Positions 32,073 through 43,067 of a stretch of DNA of 64,000 nt are shown here, piece after piece (positions within the stretch are counted from its first letter, which is position 1; each line of letters starts with the position of its first letter). The DNA is from an uncultured Chroococcidiopsis sp. (lineage in GTDB: Bacteria > Cyanobacteriota > Cyanobacteriia > Cyanobacteriales > Chroococcidiopsidaceae), in NCBI GenBank assembly GCA_964248365.1, contig CAXTYC010000018.1, positions 47,543 through 111,542 on the forward strand, written 5' to 3'. The position numbers and the translations under genes were made by a program. The notes under the pieces were generated by a model that saw only the letters and a program-made list of their open reading frames with translations, made no database searches and was not told the origin of the DNA.

Positions 32073-32754
32073 CCTCTTGGCTCCTTAGATTATCGTAACA
32101 ATAATCATAATTTACTTTGATTTTTGTTGCAATAATCAAAAATCCCCTGTTCCAGCTAGCCAACGAGGTAGAGAAAAACTATTTTGGTGATAGGCTCCAG
32201 TCTCTCCAACGGGAATTGGTTCTTATTGAGAGCATTCTCAATTATTTTTCCCCACAGTTACGCCCGATTTTAGAAAAAGTAGGTAACAGGGGGGGGTATA
32301 AGAATGCCATAACCATGAGGGGTTCAGCCTGGGTGTACCTTAAATGGGGAGAGTACAGTCCCCACGAGCGCAGCGAACGAAGTGAGTTGTGCGAGTATCC
32401 CCCACGACTTAATTACTCCAAAATCACTTCATCTGTCGCCAAAATCCAAATCTCAACGAAAAAACTGCATACCGACTAGCGGGATTTGCAGCAGGGCGGC
32501 AAAATCTAGAACAATCAGCTATCAAACAACCCAAATCAGACTTTAAGCAATATGTGTGTCTATATTCTCAACCGAGTCACTTCGCTGTTGTCTATGTCAG
32601 GGGCGATCGCCACAGTACTATTTACCACTGTTCTTCTCAATTTGGAGTGATTTAATTTTTCTTACTTAACCTTAACATTCAATTCTTTTAAAACATTCTA
32701 CCCTATGGAATTGAATTGCTAAGATCGAAGCGTTAAATCCTCTTTGAGCTATCT

Positions 32755-33183
32755 ATGAAGTTTTTTGGCTTCCATCAACTTCGCCGCATTTCGATTTTAA
32801 TATCGGCACTTGCTCTGATGCTGAGTATTACTCCAATTGTTCAAGCGCAAACGAATCAAGCGGAAATTGAAACAGCAACATTAACAAATGTAAAGCTTTC
32901 CGCCCAGCAAAAAGCTCACGTTACTGGGCTTATAGAGACAACTCGTTCACAAATTTCGAGTATTCTAACTCCAGCACAGCAACATCAGTTCCAAGCAGCC
33001 TTGCAAGGAGATACTACCTTTGATGCTGCTTTTGCAGCGATGAAACTTTCCCAACAACAGCACACCAAGCTACAGAAAATTCTATCGTCTTCCCAGAAAC
33101 AAGCAGAGGCAGTTTTGACCCGAAAGCAGTTTTTGCAAGTACGCCTCAACTTGGAAAACTATCTAGAGAGGCATAAAATTTAG
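32755..33183 (+). CDS. Spy/CpxP-like (LTxxQ) periplasmic protein
   Basis: Signal peptide; LSAQQ, LTPAQ and LSQQQ repeats. Confidence 0.75.
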   Translation: MKFFGFHQLRRISILISALALMLSITPIVQAQTNQAEIETATLTNVKLSAQQKAHVTGLIETTRSQISSILTPAQQHQFQAALQGDTTFDAAFAAMKLSQQQHTKLQKILSSSQKQAEAVLTRKQFLQVRLNLENYLERHKI

Positions 33184-33333
33184 TAGCATTATTAACTTAA
33201 TGATTACCAATTCAAGCTTTGAGAACGGGAGCGATGTATTAATTTTGTCAAGTTGGAAGTCATGAGCTTCGCTCACAATAATATTGCAAGGGCAATTTGA
33301 TTAGAGTAATTAAAATCAGCAGAGCGTTCTTGT

Positions 33334-34314
33334 ATGAAATACGTAAAACTTGGCAATACTGGACTCAAAGTTTCTCGCCTCTGCCTTGGTACGATGACTT
33401 ATGGAAGTCCTAAGTGGCGCGAGTGGGTACTTGGTGAAGAAGAAAGCCGTCCATTCATTGAACGAGCATTGTCAGCTGGCATCAATTTCTTTGACACTGC
33501 TGATATGTATTCTTTGGGTGAAAGTGAAAAGATTTTGGGGCAGGCACTCAAGGAAATTACCACACGGCAGCAGGTGGTTATTGCTACTAAAGTGTTCAAT
33601 CCAATGAGCGACGATCCAAATGATCGCGGGCTATCGCGCCAGCACATCTTTAACAGCATTGATGCTTCTTTGCGGCGGTTACAAACTGATTATGTAGACT
33701 TGTACCAAATTCATCGTTGGGATGACCAAACACCAATCGAAGAAACCTTAGAAGCTTTGCATGACGTGGTAAAAGCTGGAAAGGCACGTTATATTGGTGC
33801 TTCTAGTATGTATGCTTGGCAGTTCGCTAAAGCACTGTATTTAGCGGATCTGCATGGCTGGACTCGCTTTGTCTCTATGCAAAATCACTACAACCTAGTC
33901 TACCGAGAAGAAGAGAGGGAAATGCTGCCGCTATGTAGAGCAGAAGGCATTGGTACGATCCCCTGGAGTCCTCTTGCCAGAGGATTTTTGGTAGGCAATC
34001 GGCAGCGGCAGACCAAAGGAGAAACTATCCGTGCTAAAACTGATGATTTTGCCCATCAGCTTTACTACGACGAATCTGATTTCCAAGTGGTCGAGCGAGT
34101 TGTTGAACTGGCGGGGCAGCGAGGTGTTTCTCCAGCACAAATTGCCCTAGCTTGGTTACTACATCAACCAGGTGTAACATCTCCCATTATCGGTGCTAGC
34201 AAGATGCACCACTTGGAAGAGGCATTAGCAGCACTGGAAATCGAGTTAAGTGATGATGAGTGCGCCCAGCTTGAGCAGCCTTATAAACCCCATCCGGTTT
34301 TGGGACACCGTTAG
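33334..34314 (+). CDS. Aldo/keto reductase
   Basis: LCLGTM, DTADMY, DLYQIH and WSPLARG motifs. Confidence 0.95.
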   Translation: MKYVKLGNTGLKVSRLCLGTMTYGSPKWREWVLGEEESRPFIERALSAGINFFDTADMYSLGESEKILGQALKEITTRQQVVIATKVFNPMSDDPNDRGLSRQHIFNSIDASLRRLQTDYVDLYQIHRWDDQTPIEETLEALHDVVKAGKARYIGASSMYAWQFAKALYLADLHGWTRFVSMQNHYNLVYREEEREMLPLCRAEGIGTIPWSPLARGFLVGNRQRQTKGETIRAKTDDFAHQLYYDESDFQVVERVVELAGQRGVSPAQIALAWLLHQPGVTSPIIGASKMHHLEEALAALEIELSDDECAQLEQPYKPHPVLGHR

Positions 34315-34469
34315 CTAAGGTTAGTAGTGTATTAGGATGCCAGGTAAGTGGAGCTACCACACTGACAGCAGACACAAACACTACCTTCACTCTTGGCTTT
34401 GCTTAAAGCGCCTTGCTCAAGAAGTAGATTTGCGCTTCGCTTGTTGAGTTAACCGCAGTAAAGCAAAAA

Positions 34470-35630
34470 TTACGCCAGACCAGAACTAGGGTAGCTACGA
34501 ACTTTATTAGTTTCGACTTCGCTGTTAATGGCAGCACGATAGGTATCAACGGCATGGTTGGGCAGTACGTCGCCATATTGTGTTAAGAAAGACCATCCTT
34601 GCCCGACGTGCAAGTATACATCCTGACGAAAGATAGTCGGGGGTGAGAGGGGAATCGAATCTGCCAGATTGAAGATGCGATAGCTGTTGGGTATCATCTG
34701 ACTGTGCATTTGAGCAAAACTTGGATTGCCAACTCGTGGTCCTGCGTAAGTGTAGAGTCGGATTTGCTCTTTGAGTTGGGGAACCTTGAGTGCAATATCA
34801 ATGGCTGCAAGGGTAGCAAGGGCAGCCCCTAAGCTATGCCCTGATATATAGCAAGGCAGTAATGGATTTAACTGGCTGGCAATTTCACGAGTTTGCCCTG
34901 CCAAATTTTTATAAATATTGGCAAAACCAGAGTGAATTTTACTATTAGCAAAACCTTCATAGAGTTTTTGGAAAAGCAGTACATCTCCAATCCACTCCGT
35001 TGTTCTTTGAGTGCCGCGAAAAATGATGATGTTGGCAGTCTTAGAGGTCAGAACAAAGCCAAAATAGACGGGAATAAGCTGCTTGATTTTCACGTATTGT
35101 GTGACACTATCCCCTATTGCACTCTGAGCAGTGTCTAAGTTACTTTCAACTGGGTCAGAAGTGGCAGGAGGTGAATCGGTTGTTGCTGGCACATCAACCT
35201 CAATGGTTTCTGAACTACGCGCATCTTCCAAACCCTTCAATGAGGCGATTTGAGTATAGCCATCTAGCTCATAAGTATATGCAGGTAATGATTTAATCGA
35301 TCCATTAAAGGAGGGATCTACTTTGCCCGATAGGTATTGCTGAGTCCCCAGTTTGCTACATAGGATCAAAAGCTTAGATATGCCTCGGTCGTAGGGAACT
35401 TTGGGTGGCGTTAGCTTTACCGATGCCTGAATCTTTATTCCTTGATTGATTTTCTTAGCATCAGCTTCAAAAGTTTCCTTCAAACGACTTTGAAGGTTTG
35501 CCTGAGATTCCTTGCGAGCCAATGCCTCTAATCTGCTTTGCGATCGCAGTCGTTGGTAATTGCGAGAAATAGTTGCTACTACCCCAAATGTCAGTCCTGC
35601 AAGCAGAAGTTGCCTACGTCTTAGCTTCAT
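34470..35630 (-). CDS. Class 3 lipase with twin-arginine-like leader
   Basis: FRGT, HSGF, GHSLG and PRVGN motifs; RRRQLL N-terminus. Confidence 0.9.
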   Translation of the reverse strand: MKLRRRQLLLAGLTFGVVATISRNYQRLRSQSRLEALARKESQANLQSRLKETFEADAKKINQGIKIQASVKLTPPKVPYDRGISKLLILCSKLGTQQYLSGKVDPSFNGSIKSLPAYTYELDGYTQIASLKGLEDARSSETIEVDVPATTDSPPATSDPVESNLDTAQSAIGDSVTQYVKIKQLIPVYFGFVLTSKTANIIIFRGTQRTTEWIGDVLLFQKLYEGFANSKIHSGFANIYKNLAGQTREIASQLNPLLPCYISGHSLGAALATLAAIDIALKVPQLKEQIRLYTYAGPRVGNPSFAQMHSQMIPNSYRIFNLADSIPLSPPTIFRQDVYLHVGQGWSFLTQYGDVLPNHAVDTYRAAINSEVETNKVRSYPSSGLA

Positions 35631-36061
35631 TATCGTCTTCCTTCACTACCACTGGCATAGAACTGGTTAGTCACCTGCCCCAGTGTCCAAGTAAGGGTAG
35701 ACAACGCCGCACAGATGGCTAACCCAGAGAACAGTGGCACAAACAACCCAAAACAGAAAATTGTTACCCAAGCCATCAAGGCGAGTGCAAAAGCCCCTAG
35801 AAAACCAAAAAGGTTTCCTGCGATCGCTAAGAAATCTTGACCTTTAGTATAGCCCCACCTTGAGCCTATATCCCACATCATTTTCAGTATCAAAACACCA
35901 ACTACCAGCAATGTTAACGTTAAAGTACTGCGAACCGGATTTAGCCCGATGATTGCTGCTCCCATAGCATAATCCAAAATTAAATTGCGAACTTGCCGAT
36001 GACGTTGGATGAGAAATGGCGGTGTTGCAAATGCCTCAGATTCTTGCGGTTTTGTTGACAT
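35630..36061 (-). CDS. Membrane hypothetical protein coupled to the lipase
   Basis: Hydrophobic segments; stop overlaps the lipase ATG. Confidence 0.7.
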   Translation of the reverse strand: MSTKPQESEAFATPPFLIQRHRQVRNLILDYAMGAAIIGLNPVRSTLTLTLLVVGVLILKMMWDIGSRWGYTKGQDFLAIAGNLFGFLGAFALALMAWVTIFCFGLFVPLFSGLAICAALSTLTWTLGQVTNQFYASGSEGRR

Positions 36062-36272
36062 ATGAACATGAACGGATGGGTGGCAAAAACTATTAGAGAA
36101 AGCATTGCTCCTAGAACAGAAGCAATTTACGCAACTACTTTTAATATTTGAGCAATAAAGTTAAATTGGACTAAATTATTACCTTTCTTAATATCTAAAA
36201 CTTGAAGAACACAAATCTTGAGGCTTACAAATACGCTGTCATTAGGAGGCGTAATTTATTTCCGCTCTTTAC

Positions 36273-36935
36273 TATAGCAGTCCTAAATCATTTGTGAAAG
36301 CGCATTGTACATAAACATTTTCGGGAAATCAAATATTTGATGGTGAGTTACAAGTTCAAATAATCTCTGAACCGCAGCGAAGGATTTGCACAGATGATAA
36401 AACTCTCTTACAAACTTTTTAGCAAACAACCAAATATCTTCGACAGGGTTTTGTTTGGGGTCATTTGGAGCGCTCTCGTATGCAAGTAACTTTCCATTCG
36501 TTCTCATTAAGTCCTTGATTGATGGATTCTAAGTAAGCTTGAAATTCAGCCGAACGATGATAACTGGCTCCGTCCCAAATCAAAGCAATGCGGCTTTTAG
36601 GAAATTGAGCCAGCAGATATTCAACAAAAGCGATCGCTTATGAAGAATCTCCCTTTTTATAGGGTTTTACCAAAAATTCTTGTGTGTAATAGTTCAGCGC
36701 ACCGAAATAAGTCTGCCTCTGTCGCTCGTTGACCACTGGGACTTCAATTCTTTCTTTTGTCTTCCCCCAAACATAACCACAGATATCTCACCACAAAAGA
36801 TGGCATTCATCCTCGAAGAACACAACGAGTTTTCCAGATTTAATCTCAGATTGATGCGTCTCGATCCATGCAGTTATTTCCCTTTTTTTTTGCTACCAAA
36901 TCAGGGTCGAGACGGGGATTCTTTTTCTGCGTTCA
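36273..36935 (-). mobile_element. IS630 family element, truncated and degenerate
   Basis: DECHL, IWDGASYH and QNPVEDIW fragments in shifting frames; TATAGCAGTCCTAAAT end; 5' part missing. Confidence 0.85.
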
Positions 36936-37238
36936 CCATTTTTAACCTGAAGCCTTGGCGAATTTATTAATGTGATGGGTTCTCAGAAATTTTAGAACGT
37001 AGCAAGGGTAAAAAAGAAGACAAAGAATTTTACCACAATTGGCATCATATACAACAAGTAAGATAAAAAATCAAGCTTGAAAGTTTGTGTACCTTTAAAG
37101 GATGAGAAGAAAACCTACATTGAGTGAGAATACCTACGCGATCGCCCAATTAACGCCAGAAAAAATATAAAGCTGGATTTGATAAGATAAAAGTATAGAA
37201 TTAAATACCGACAAAGTTAAACCTCTGTGGAGAAAGCT

Positions 37239-37658
37239 ATGAAATTGATTGCTGCAACTTTGCGGCGCTTGGGTTTAGCGGTTTTAACAATCGTTTTGGT
37301 TGCCAGTAGCTTCGCTTTATTTTCTGCCCCTGCTGCTGCCGACACTTACCAAATTAAGCTAGGTTCTGATAAGGGAATGCTGGCGTTTGAGCCGTCAAAA
37401 CTGAGCGTCAAACCAGGCGACACAATTGAGTGGGTGAACAACAAAGTTCCTCCTCATAATGTTGTCTTCGATGCAGCCAACAACCCCAGTAAGAGCGCTG
37501 ATTTGGCTAAGGGTTTGTCTCACAAGCAGTTGCTAATGACTCCAGGGCAAACAGTAAAAACTACCATTCCAGCTGATGCACCTGCTGGGGATTACACATT
37601 CTACTGTGAACCCCATCGTGGCGCTGGCATGATTGGTAAAATTACAGTCGAAGGCTAG
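37239..37658 (+). CDS. petE: Plastocyanin
   Basis: Signal peptide; PHNVVF and YCEPHRGAGM copper ligands. Confidence 0.98.
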   Translation: MKLIAATLRRLGLAVLTIVLVASSFALFSAPAAADTYQIKLGSDKGMLAFEPSKLSVKPGDTIEWVNNKVPPHNVVFDAANNPSKSADLAKGLSHKQLLMTPGQTVKTTIPADAPAGDYTFYCEPHRGAGMIGKITVEG

Positions 37659-37719
37659 AGACGTGGCGAACAGCTACGCTCCCGACTTGAAATAAAGCCT
37701 CAATCCCATAATAACTAGA

Positions 37720-37753
37720 GCCTCGAAAGATTCAAAGACTTTCGAGGCATTTT
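37720..37753 (+). terminator. Hairpin terminator after petE
   Basis: GCCTCGAAAG...CTTTCGAGGC followed by ATTTT. Confidence 0.7.
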
Positions 37754-38234
37754 AGTTAGTGACTAGTGTCTGGTGACTAGTCACTAGAGAAAGCAACCCT
37801 ATTCTCTAATTCCCACCTATTATCTTCTGGTTTTGAATTCTAGCCACTAGCCATTAGCCACCAGCCACTACTTTAAAGGATGCAACTTGAGACAGAAGTG
37901 AGGCAGTGCCAAGAGCAAGTAGGATGCCAGTTAAGCCGTGCTTGTTGTCATCTTTGGTTTTGCGAGCTTGAGGTATGAGCTGATGACTTCAACTCATATA
38001 ATTAATGCGCGAAAAAAGTGGTCTAGAGCTTGGTGTCGGGTTTCGCACGGGCATGAAGCACCCCCTGTGATGCGATCGCACACTTTCCATGCTGGTGCTT
38101 CTATTTGGTTTTGGGCGATCAATGAACTCAAGCTTGCGTCCGATTCCCGAATGCAAAAGGGCTACGCTCCCTATCTGCTTAATTACTAATGCTATTACTT
38201 CAAACCTTCAAAACGGACTATAACCTAAAAAATA

Positions 38235-39116
38235 ATGAATAAAATAGACATATACGAACAGCGCATTCATGATATTTTTCCTGAGCTTTCAATTGAAAAG
38301 ATAAGTTTGCATGATGAAGGTGTAAATAATTATATTTTTGAGGTAAATGATGAGCTAATTTTTCGTTTTCCTAAAAGTGATTATGCAGTACAAAAGCTCA
38401 ATAAAGAAGTAAAAATTTTAAAGTTAATCAAAAATTATGTCACTTTAAATATTCCCAAAATATTTTATGAACAACGGGAAGTAATTGCTTACTTCATGAT
38501 GACGGGAGTACCCTTGCGTCAAGATTTACTGATGGAAAGCGATGAAAAGACACGCCAAAGAGTTGCTAGCCAATTAGCTACTTTCCTGAAAGAATTACAC
38601 AATGTCCCAGTCGAGAAGATTTTAGAATTTGATATTCCTAATTCAGAAGTTCCTAATACCTATGAGGATTGGGTGAATTTATATCATCATCTCCAAAATG
38701 ATATCTTGCCAGAATTGCCAAGCCATACACAAGAATGGGCTAAAAAACATTTTGAATCTTTTTTAGCTCATAAAAGTAATTTTGAATATGAACCAAAACT
38801 TATACATGGAGATTTAGGATTTAACCATATACTTTTTGATCAACAGAAAAATTGTATTAATGGAATAATTGACTTTGGTACTGCTGGAAGAGGCGATCCT
38901 GCTATGGATATCGCTGTTTTAATTTATAATTACGGCGAGGATTTTATCAATGAATTTTATCAGATATATCCTGAATTAAATTCATATTTGCACCGTGCTA
39001 AGTTTTACGTAGAAGCTTTTGAAATCCAGTGTGTTCTTTCAAAAGCTCAAGGCAAAGATGCTACTTGGTTTTTGTGTAATTTAGGTAATGGCAAAGATAT
39101 TAAATACTATGATTAA
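38235..39116 (+). CDS. Aminoglycoside phosphotransferase family kinase
   Basis: FRFP, HGDL..NH, IDFG and GDPAMD motifs. Confidence 0.85.
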   Translation: MNKIDIYEQRIHDIFPELSIEKISLHDEGVNNYIFEVNDELIFRFPKSDYAVQKLNKEVKILKLIKNYVTLNIPKIFYEQREVIAYFMMTGVPLRQDLLMESDEKTRQRVASQLATFLKELHNVPVEKILEFDIPNSEVPNTYEDWVNLYHHLQNDILPELPSHTQEWAKKHFESFLAHKSNFEYEPKLIHGDLGFNHILFDQQKNCINGIIDFGTAGRGDPAMDIAVLIYNYGEDFINEFYQIYPELNSYLHRAKFYVEAFEIQCVLSKAQGKDATWFLCNLGNGKDIKYYD

Positions 39117-39296
39117 AGCCCACGACAGGGGAGGCAGAGGAGCTTCAGGGGCAGAGGAGCTTCAGGGGCGGGCGCAAGGGGCAGGGGAGCACAGGAGAAT
39201 AATTAATTACCTCTTACCTCTTACCTCTTCCCTTTTCCCTACTCCCTACTCCCTACTCCCTACTCCCTATTAATAGGTAAGTACAGTGAGAGAATC

Positions 39297-40547
39297 ATGA
39301 AAATACTTGTACTTAATGCCGGATCAAGTAGTCAAAAGAGTTGTCTTTATCAGATAGATAATTCCCTGCCAAATTCACCACCAGCACCACTATGGGAAGC
39401 CACAGTTGATTGGACTAGCCATCAAGGAGTGGCGGAAATTAAAATCAAAACTTCTCAAGGCGTAGTTATAGAAGAAGAACTAACCAGCAATTCACGCCCT
39501 GATGTAATTTCCCATCTGCTCGATACCTTAATTCAAGGTAAAACTCAGGTAATTACCGACTTGAGTGAAATTCAGATTGTCGGTCATCGGGTGGTGCATG
39601 GAGGTGAGGAATATCGTGAAGCAACGGTAATTACGCCCCAAGTTAGAGATGCAATTATCCATCTGTCTACTTTCGCCCCACTCCACAACCCAGCAAACCT
39701 AGAGGGAATTGAAGCAATTGACAATGTGCTGCCAAATGTGCCGCAAGTGGCTGTATTTGATACTGCCTTCCACAGTCATTTACCTGTTTATGCTGCTGTT
39801 TACCCTGGTTCTTACCAGTGGTTTGAGGAGGGTATCCGCCGTTATGGGTTTCATGGTATCAGCCACTCTTATTGCGCTCAACGTACTGCCCAACTTCTAG
39901 GGCAAGATTTGCAGTCTTTACGCTTGATCATTTGTCACTTGGGCAATGGTTGCTCTTTGGCAGCTATTCGAGATGGTGTGAGTATCGATACGACAATGGG
40001 GTTTACTCCCCTCGACGGGTTGATGATGGGTAGTCGTTCTGGTTCGGTTGATCCTGGTATCCTGATTTATCTACTGCGCGAACAAGGATTTGATGCTGAT
40101 AAGTTAGATCAAATTCTCAATCGTGAATCTGGGTTAAAAGGCATTTCTGGATTATCGGGTGATATGCGTCAGATTCAAAGTGCGATCGCACAAAATAACG
40201 ATCGCGCAATCCTTGCCTTTGATATGTATATTCACTCTCTACGCAAGCACATCGGAGCAATGCTTGCTACACTGGGCGGACTCGATGCTTTGGTTTTTAC
40301 TGCTGGAGTTGGGGAAAATGTGCCAGATGTCAGAGCTTTAGCTTGTGAAGCTTTTGGATTTATGGGAGTGAAGCTTGATCACAATAAAAATGCTCAGTCT
40401 CCACCCGACTGCGACATCGCTACGTCAGATTCATCTGTACGGGTGCTAATTATCCATACCGAAGAAGATTGGGCGATCGCAACTCAATGTTGGAATTTAG
40501 CTCAAAATCAATTAGCTGTTAGCTGGCGCGCTTTTAGCTGTTCATAG
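39297..40547 (+). CDS. ackA: Acetate kinase
   Basis: LNAGSSS, GHRVVHGG, DTAFH, HLGNG and TAGVGEN motifs. Confidence 0.97.
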   Translation: MKILVLNAGSSSQKSCLYQIDNSLPNSPPAPLWEATVDWTSHQGVAEIKIKTSQGVVIEEELTSNSRPDVISHLLDTLIQGKTQVITDLSEIQIVGHRVVHGGEEYREATVITPQVRDAIIHLSTFAPLHNPANLEGIEAIDNVLPNVPQVAVFDTAFHSHLPVYAAVYPGSYQWFEEGIRRYGFHGISHSYCAQRTAQLLGQDLQSLRLIICHLGNGCSLAAIRDGVSIDTTMGFTPLDGLMMGSRSGSVDPGILIYLLREQGFDADKLDQILNRESGLKGISGLSGDMRQIQSAIAQNNDRAILAFDMYIHSLRKHIGAMLATLGGLDALVFTAGVGENVPDVRALACEAFGFMGVKLDHNKNAQSPPDCDIATSDSSVRVLIIHTEEDWAIATQCWNLAQNQLAVSWRAFSCS

Positions 40548-40583
40548 AAACTTCCGCCTTGCCACTTCTAACCCGTGAAAAGC

Positions 40584-41258
40584 ATGAGATATTTGGCATT
40601 AGCTTCTGATTATGACGGCACATTGGCAAAAGATGGTCATGTCAATCAGAAAACAGTAGCAGCGCTTGAACGTCTACGTCAATCTGGGATCAAGTCAATT
40701 TTAGTCACTGGACGGGAACTAGACGATCTGTTGCGTGTATTTCCTGAAATTAATTTTTTCGATCTGGTGGTAGCAGAAAATGGAGCCTTGCTCTATAACC
40801 CCGCCACGCGAGAGGAAAAATTGCTCGGAGCAAAACCTCCAGAGGAATTTATTCAGATGTTGCGCGATCGCCATATACATCCCCTTTCGGTCGGACGCGC
40901 GATTGTTGCTACAATGCATCCTAATCAAACGAAAGTAACCGCAGTAATCCGCGATTTAGGGTTACAACTGCAAGTTATCTTAAACAAAGATGCCGTAATG
41001 ATTCTCCCTTCGGGTGTGGACAAAGCATCTGGATTAAGTGCCGCATTAAGCGAACTCGAAATATCCCCACACAACACCCTAGCTATAGGTGATGCCGAGA
41101 ATGACTACGCTTTTCTAAATTTATGTGGGTGTACAGTTGCAGTTGCCAATGCCCTACCCATGCTTAAAGAACGTGCTGATTTTGTTACCCTCGGCGCGAG
41201 GGGTGATGGAGTAATTGAAATAATTGATCGGCTAGTTGCAGACGATTTTCACTCCTGA
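40584..41258 (+). CDS. HAD-superfamily hydrolase (Cof-like)
   Basis: DYDGT, TGR and GDAEND motifs. Confidence 0.9.
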   Translation: MRYLALASDYDGTLAKDGHVNQKTVAALERLRQSGIKSILVTGRELDDLLRVFPEINFFDLVVAENGALLYNPATREEKLLGAKPPEEFIQMLRDRHIHPLSVGRAIVATMHPNQTKVTAVIRDLGLQLQVILNKDAVMILPSGVDKASGLSAALSELEISPHNTLAIGDAENDYAFLNLCGCTVAVANALPMLKERADFVTLGARGDGVIEIIDRLVADDFHS

Positions 41259-41569
41259 TAATTCTTTTGCGATCGCTTACTTGTCAATTATCCTCGAACC
41301 TGGATGTCTTACCTTCACAACGGTTACTGGACGCAAAAGCTTATACTTCTCCCTTGGATTATAACTACTTTTTTTAAACTATCAAAATACACTGTTTTAG
41401 TCAACCTCTAAAAAGAGGCAAAAAGAGACAAAAAAAGGCAAATTGAAAATTTACTTGCAAGACGGACTCAATTCAAGTTCAAGTTGACACAAATATATAT
41501 ATAAGTATTTTCGATTGTTAGATAGTACTTAAACTAAAGATGAGACAGATTTTTACCAACTTGTAATTT

Positions 41570-42214
41570 ATGAGTGAAATACAAACGAAACTACCGTCTG
41601 ATACTTGGGTTGATTGTACGTGGGATGAATTTATCGAGGCGATCGCACAGCCAGAATACGAAAAAGCTAAGTGTTACTACCACAACGGGCAGTTGAGAAT
41701 TGAAATGCCACCAGTCGGATCTGACCATGCTGACGATAACGGAATTATTGTTATATTAATCAACTTATTTGGCATTGCTAAAAACTTACCCATGAGGTTA
41801 AGAGTTAACTGTAGCTATCGCAAATCAGGTGTAAGAGAGGCTCAACCCGATGCCTCTTACTACATTGGAGAACGAGTTAGTTTAGCTCCAAAAGGAAGGA
41901 ATGTAGTAAACCTCGATAGCAACTCTCCTCCTGATTTGGCAATCGAAATTGCTGACACTTCTCTAGCTGACGATTTAGGGCAAAAACGTCTACTGTACGA
42001 AGATTTAGCAGTTGCTGAATATTGGGTAGTAGATGTCAAAAGGGCGCGAATTACTGCTTTTCAAATTATTCCTAATGGTGGTAGTCAACGAATTAGCGAG
42101 TCTAATGTATTGCCCCAACTGGCGATCGCTCTTTTAGAAGAAGCTTTACGCCGCAGTCGCCAAATGGATCATACTTCTGTCGCTGGTTGGTTTTTGGCTC
42201 AAGTCCAAGCCTGA
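41570..42214 (+). CDS. Uma2 family endonuclease
   Basis: QPDASY, PDLAIEIA and EYWVVD motifs. Confidence 0.9.
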   Translation: MSEIQTKLPSDTWVDCTWDEFIEAIAQPEYEKAKCYYHNGQLRIEMPPVGSDHADDNGIIVILINLFGIAKNLPMRLRVNCSYRKSGVREAQPDASYYIGERVSLAPKGRNVVNLDSNSPPDLAIEIADTSLADDLGQKRLLYEDLAVAEYWVVDVKRARITAFQIIPNGGSQRISESNVLPQLAIALLEEALRRSRQMDHTSVAGWFLAQVQA

Positions 42215-42246
42215 GCGATCGCCTCTCTACCCATACATCTGTTATA

Positions 42247-42328
42247 TTGACATTAACGTTAATGTTTTGCCTCTCTATTTGACACTTACCTAATATATTT
42301 GTTAGTTTATATTGACGTTAACGTTAAG
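42247..42328. promoter_or_regulatory. merR promoter with TTAACGTTAA dyads
   Basis: Perfect palindrome ACATTAACGTTAATGT (42250-42265); second dyad at 42312; TTGACA-18-TAGTTT between them. Confidence 0.6.
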
Positions 42329-42356
42329 GTTTGTTTTTTCCAACGTGACCGAAAAG

Positions 42357-42731
42357 ATGCGGATAGGAGAACTAGCTCAAAAAGCTGGTGTGACTCCGCG
42401 AACAATCCGTTATTACGAAAGTTTGGGACTGTTGAAACCCAGCTCACGCGAGGGTACTGGCTTTCGCTATTACACAGAAATTGAGTTAGCCAGACTTGAT
42501 AAAATAGATTGCTTAAAATCCCTTGGATTAACTCTGGAGGAAATAGCCAGCGTGATTGACCTTTTTTTTCAAGACTCAACAGGGGTACTGGGTAAACAAA
42601 AACTGCTAGACATTCTGCAAGCGCATCTTGCAGAAACTGACTTAAAAATCGCCTCTTTAGCTCAATTTCGCTCGGATTTGCAATGCTTAATTGCCCGCAT
42701 ACAGCAACAAATCCATGAGATATGCAATTAA
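42357..42731 (+). CDS. MerR family transcriptional regulator
   Basis: MRIGELA...TIRYYESLGLL...RYY...LGLTLEEI pattern. Confidence 0.95.
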   Translation: MRIGELAQKAGVTPRTIRYYESLGLLKPSSREGTGFRYYTEIELARLDKIDCLKSLGLTLEEIASVIDLFFQDSTGVLGKQKLLDILQAHLAETDLKIASLAQFRSDLQCLIARIQQQIHEICN

Positions 42732-42760
42732 GCTTTGTCTTGTTGAATCACACAATAGCT

Positions 42761-43067
42761 GGCTCTATTTTGTTGACTTACTTGGACGTTAACGTTAACG
42801 TCCAAGTAAATCACTTAAATCAGTAATTGAGTGACCAAAAGTAGGAGCAAGGAGAATTTGTTTGCCTCAAGGTTACGTCTGTGACATAAGTTTGGGTGAG
42901 ATAAGAGGAATATACTGGTAAGCTAAGGCTCTATTTTGTTGACTTACTTTGACGTTAACGTCAACGTCCAAGTAAACCACTTAAATCAGTAATTGAGTGA
43001 CGAAAGAATTTGTTTGCCTCAAGGTTACGTCTGTGACATAAGTTTGGGTGACATCAGAGGAATATAC
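42761..43067 (+). repeat. Tandem duplication of promoter/5'UTR (42761-42915 and 42927-43067) with long dyads
   Basis: Near-identical copies, both ending AGAGGAATATAC; only copy 2 is followed by ATG. Confidence 0.9.

Noticed and set aside
39088..39273. Short ORFs such as this one and 48000..48359
   Set aside because: Translations of STRR tracts or shadows of real genes
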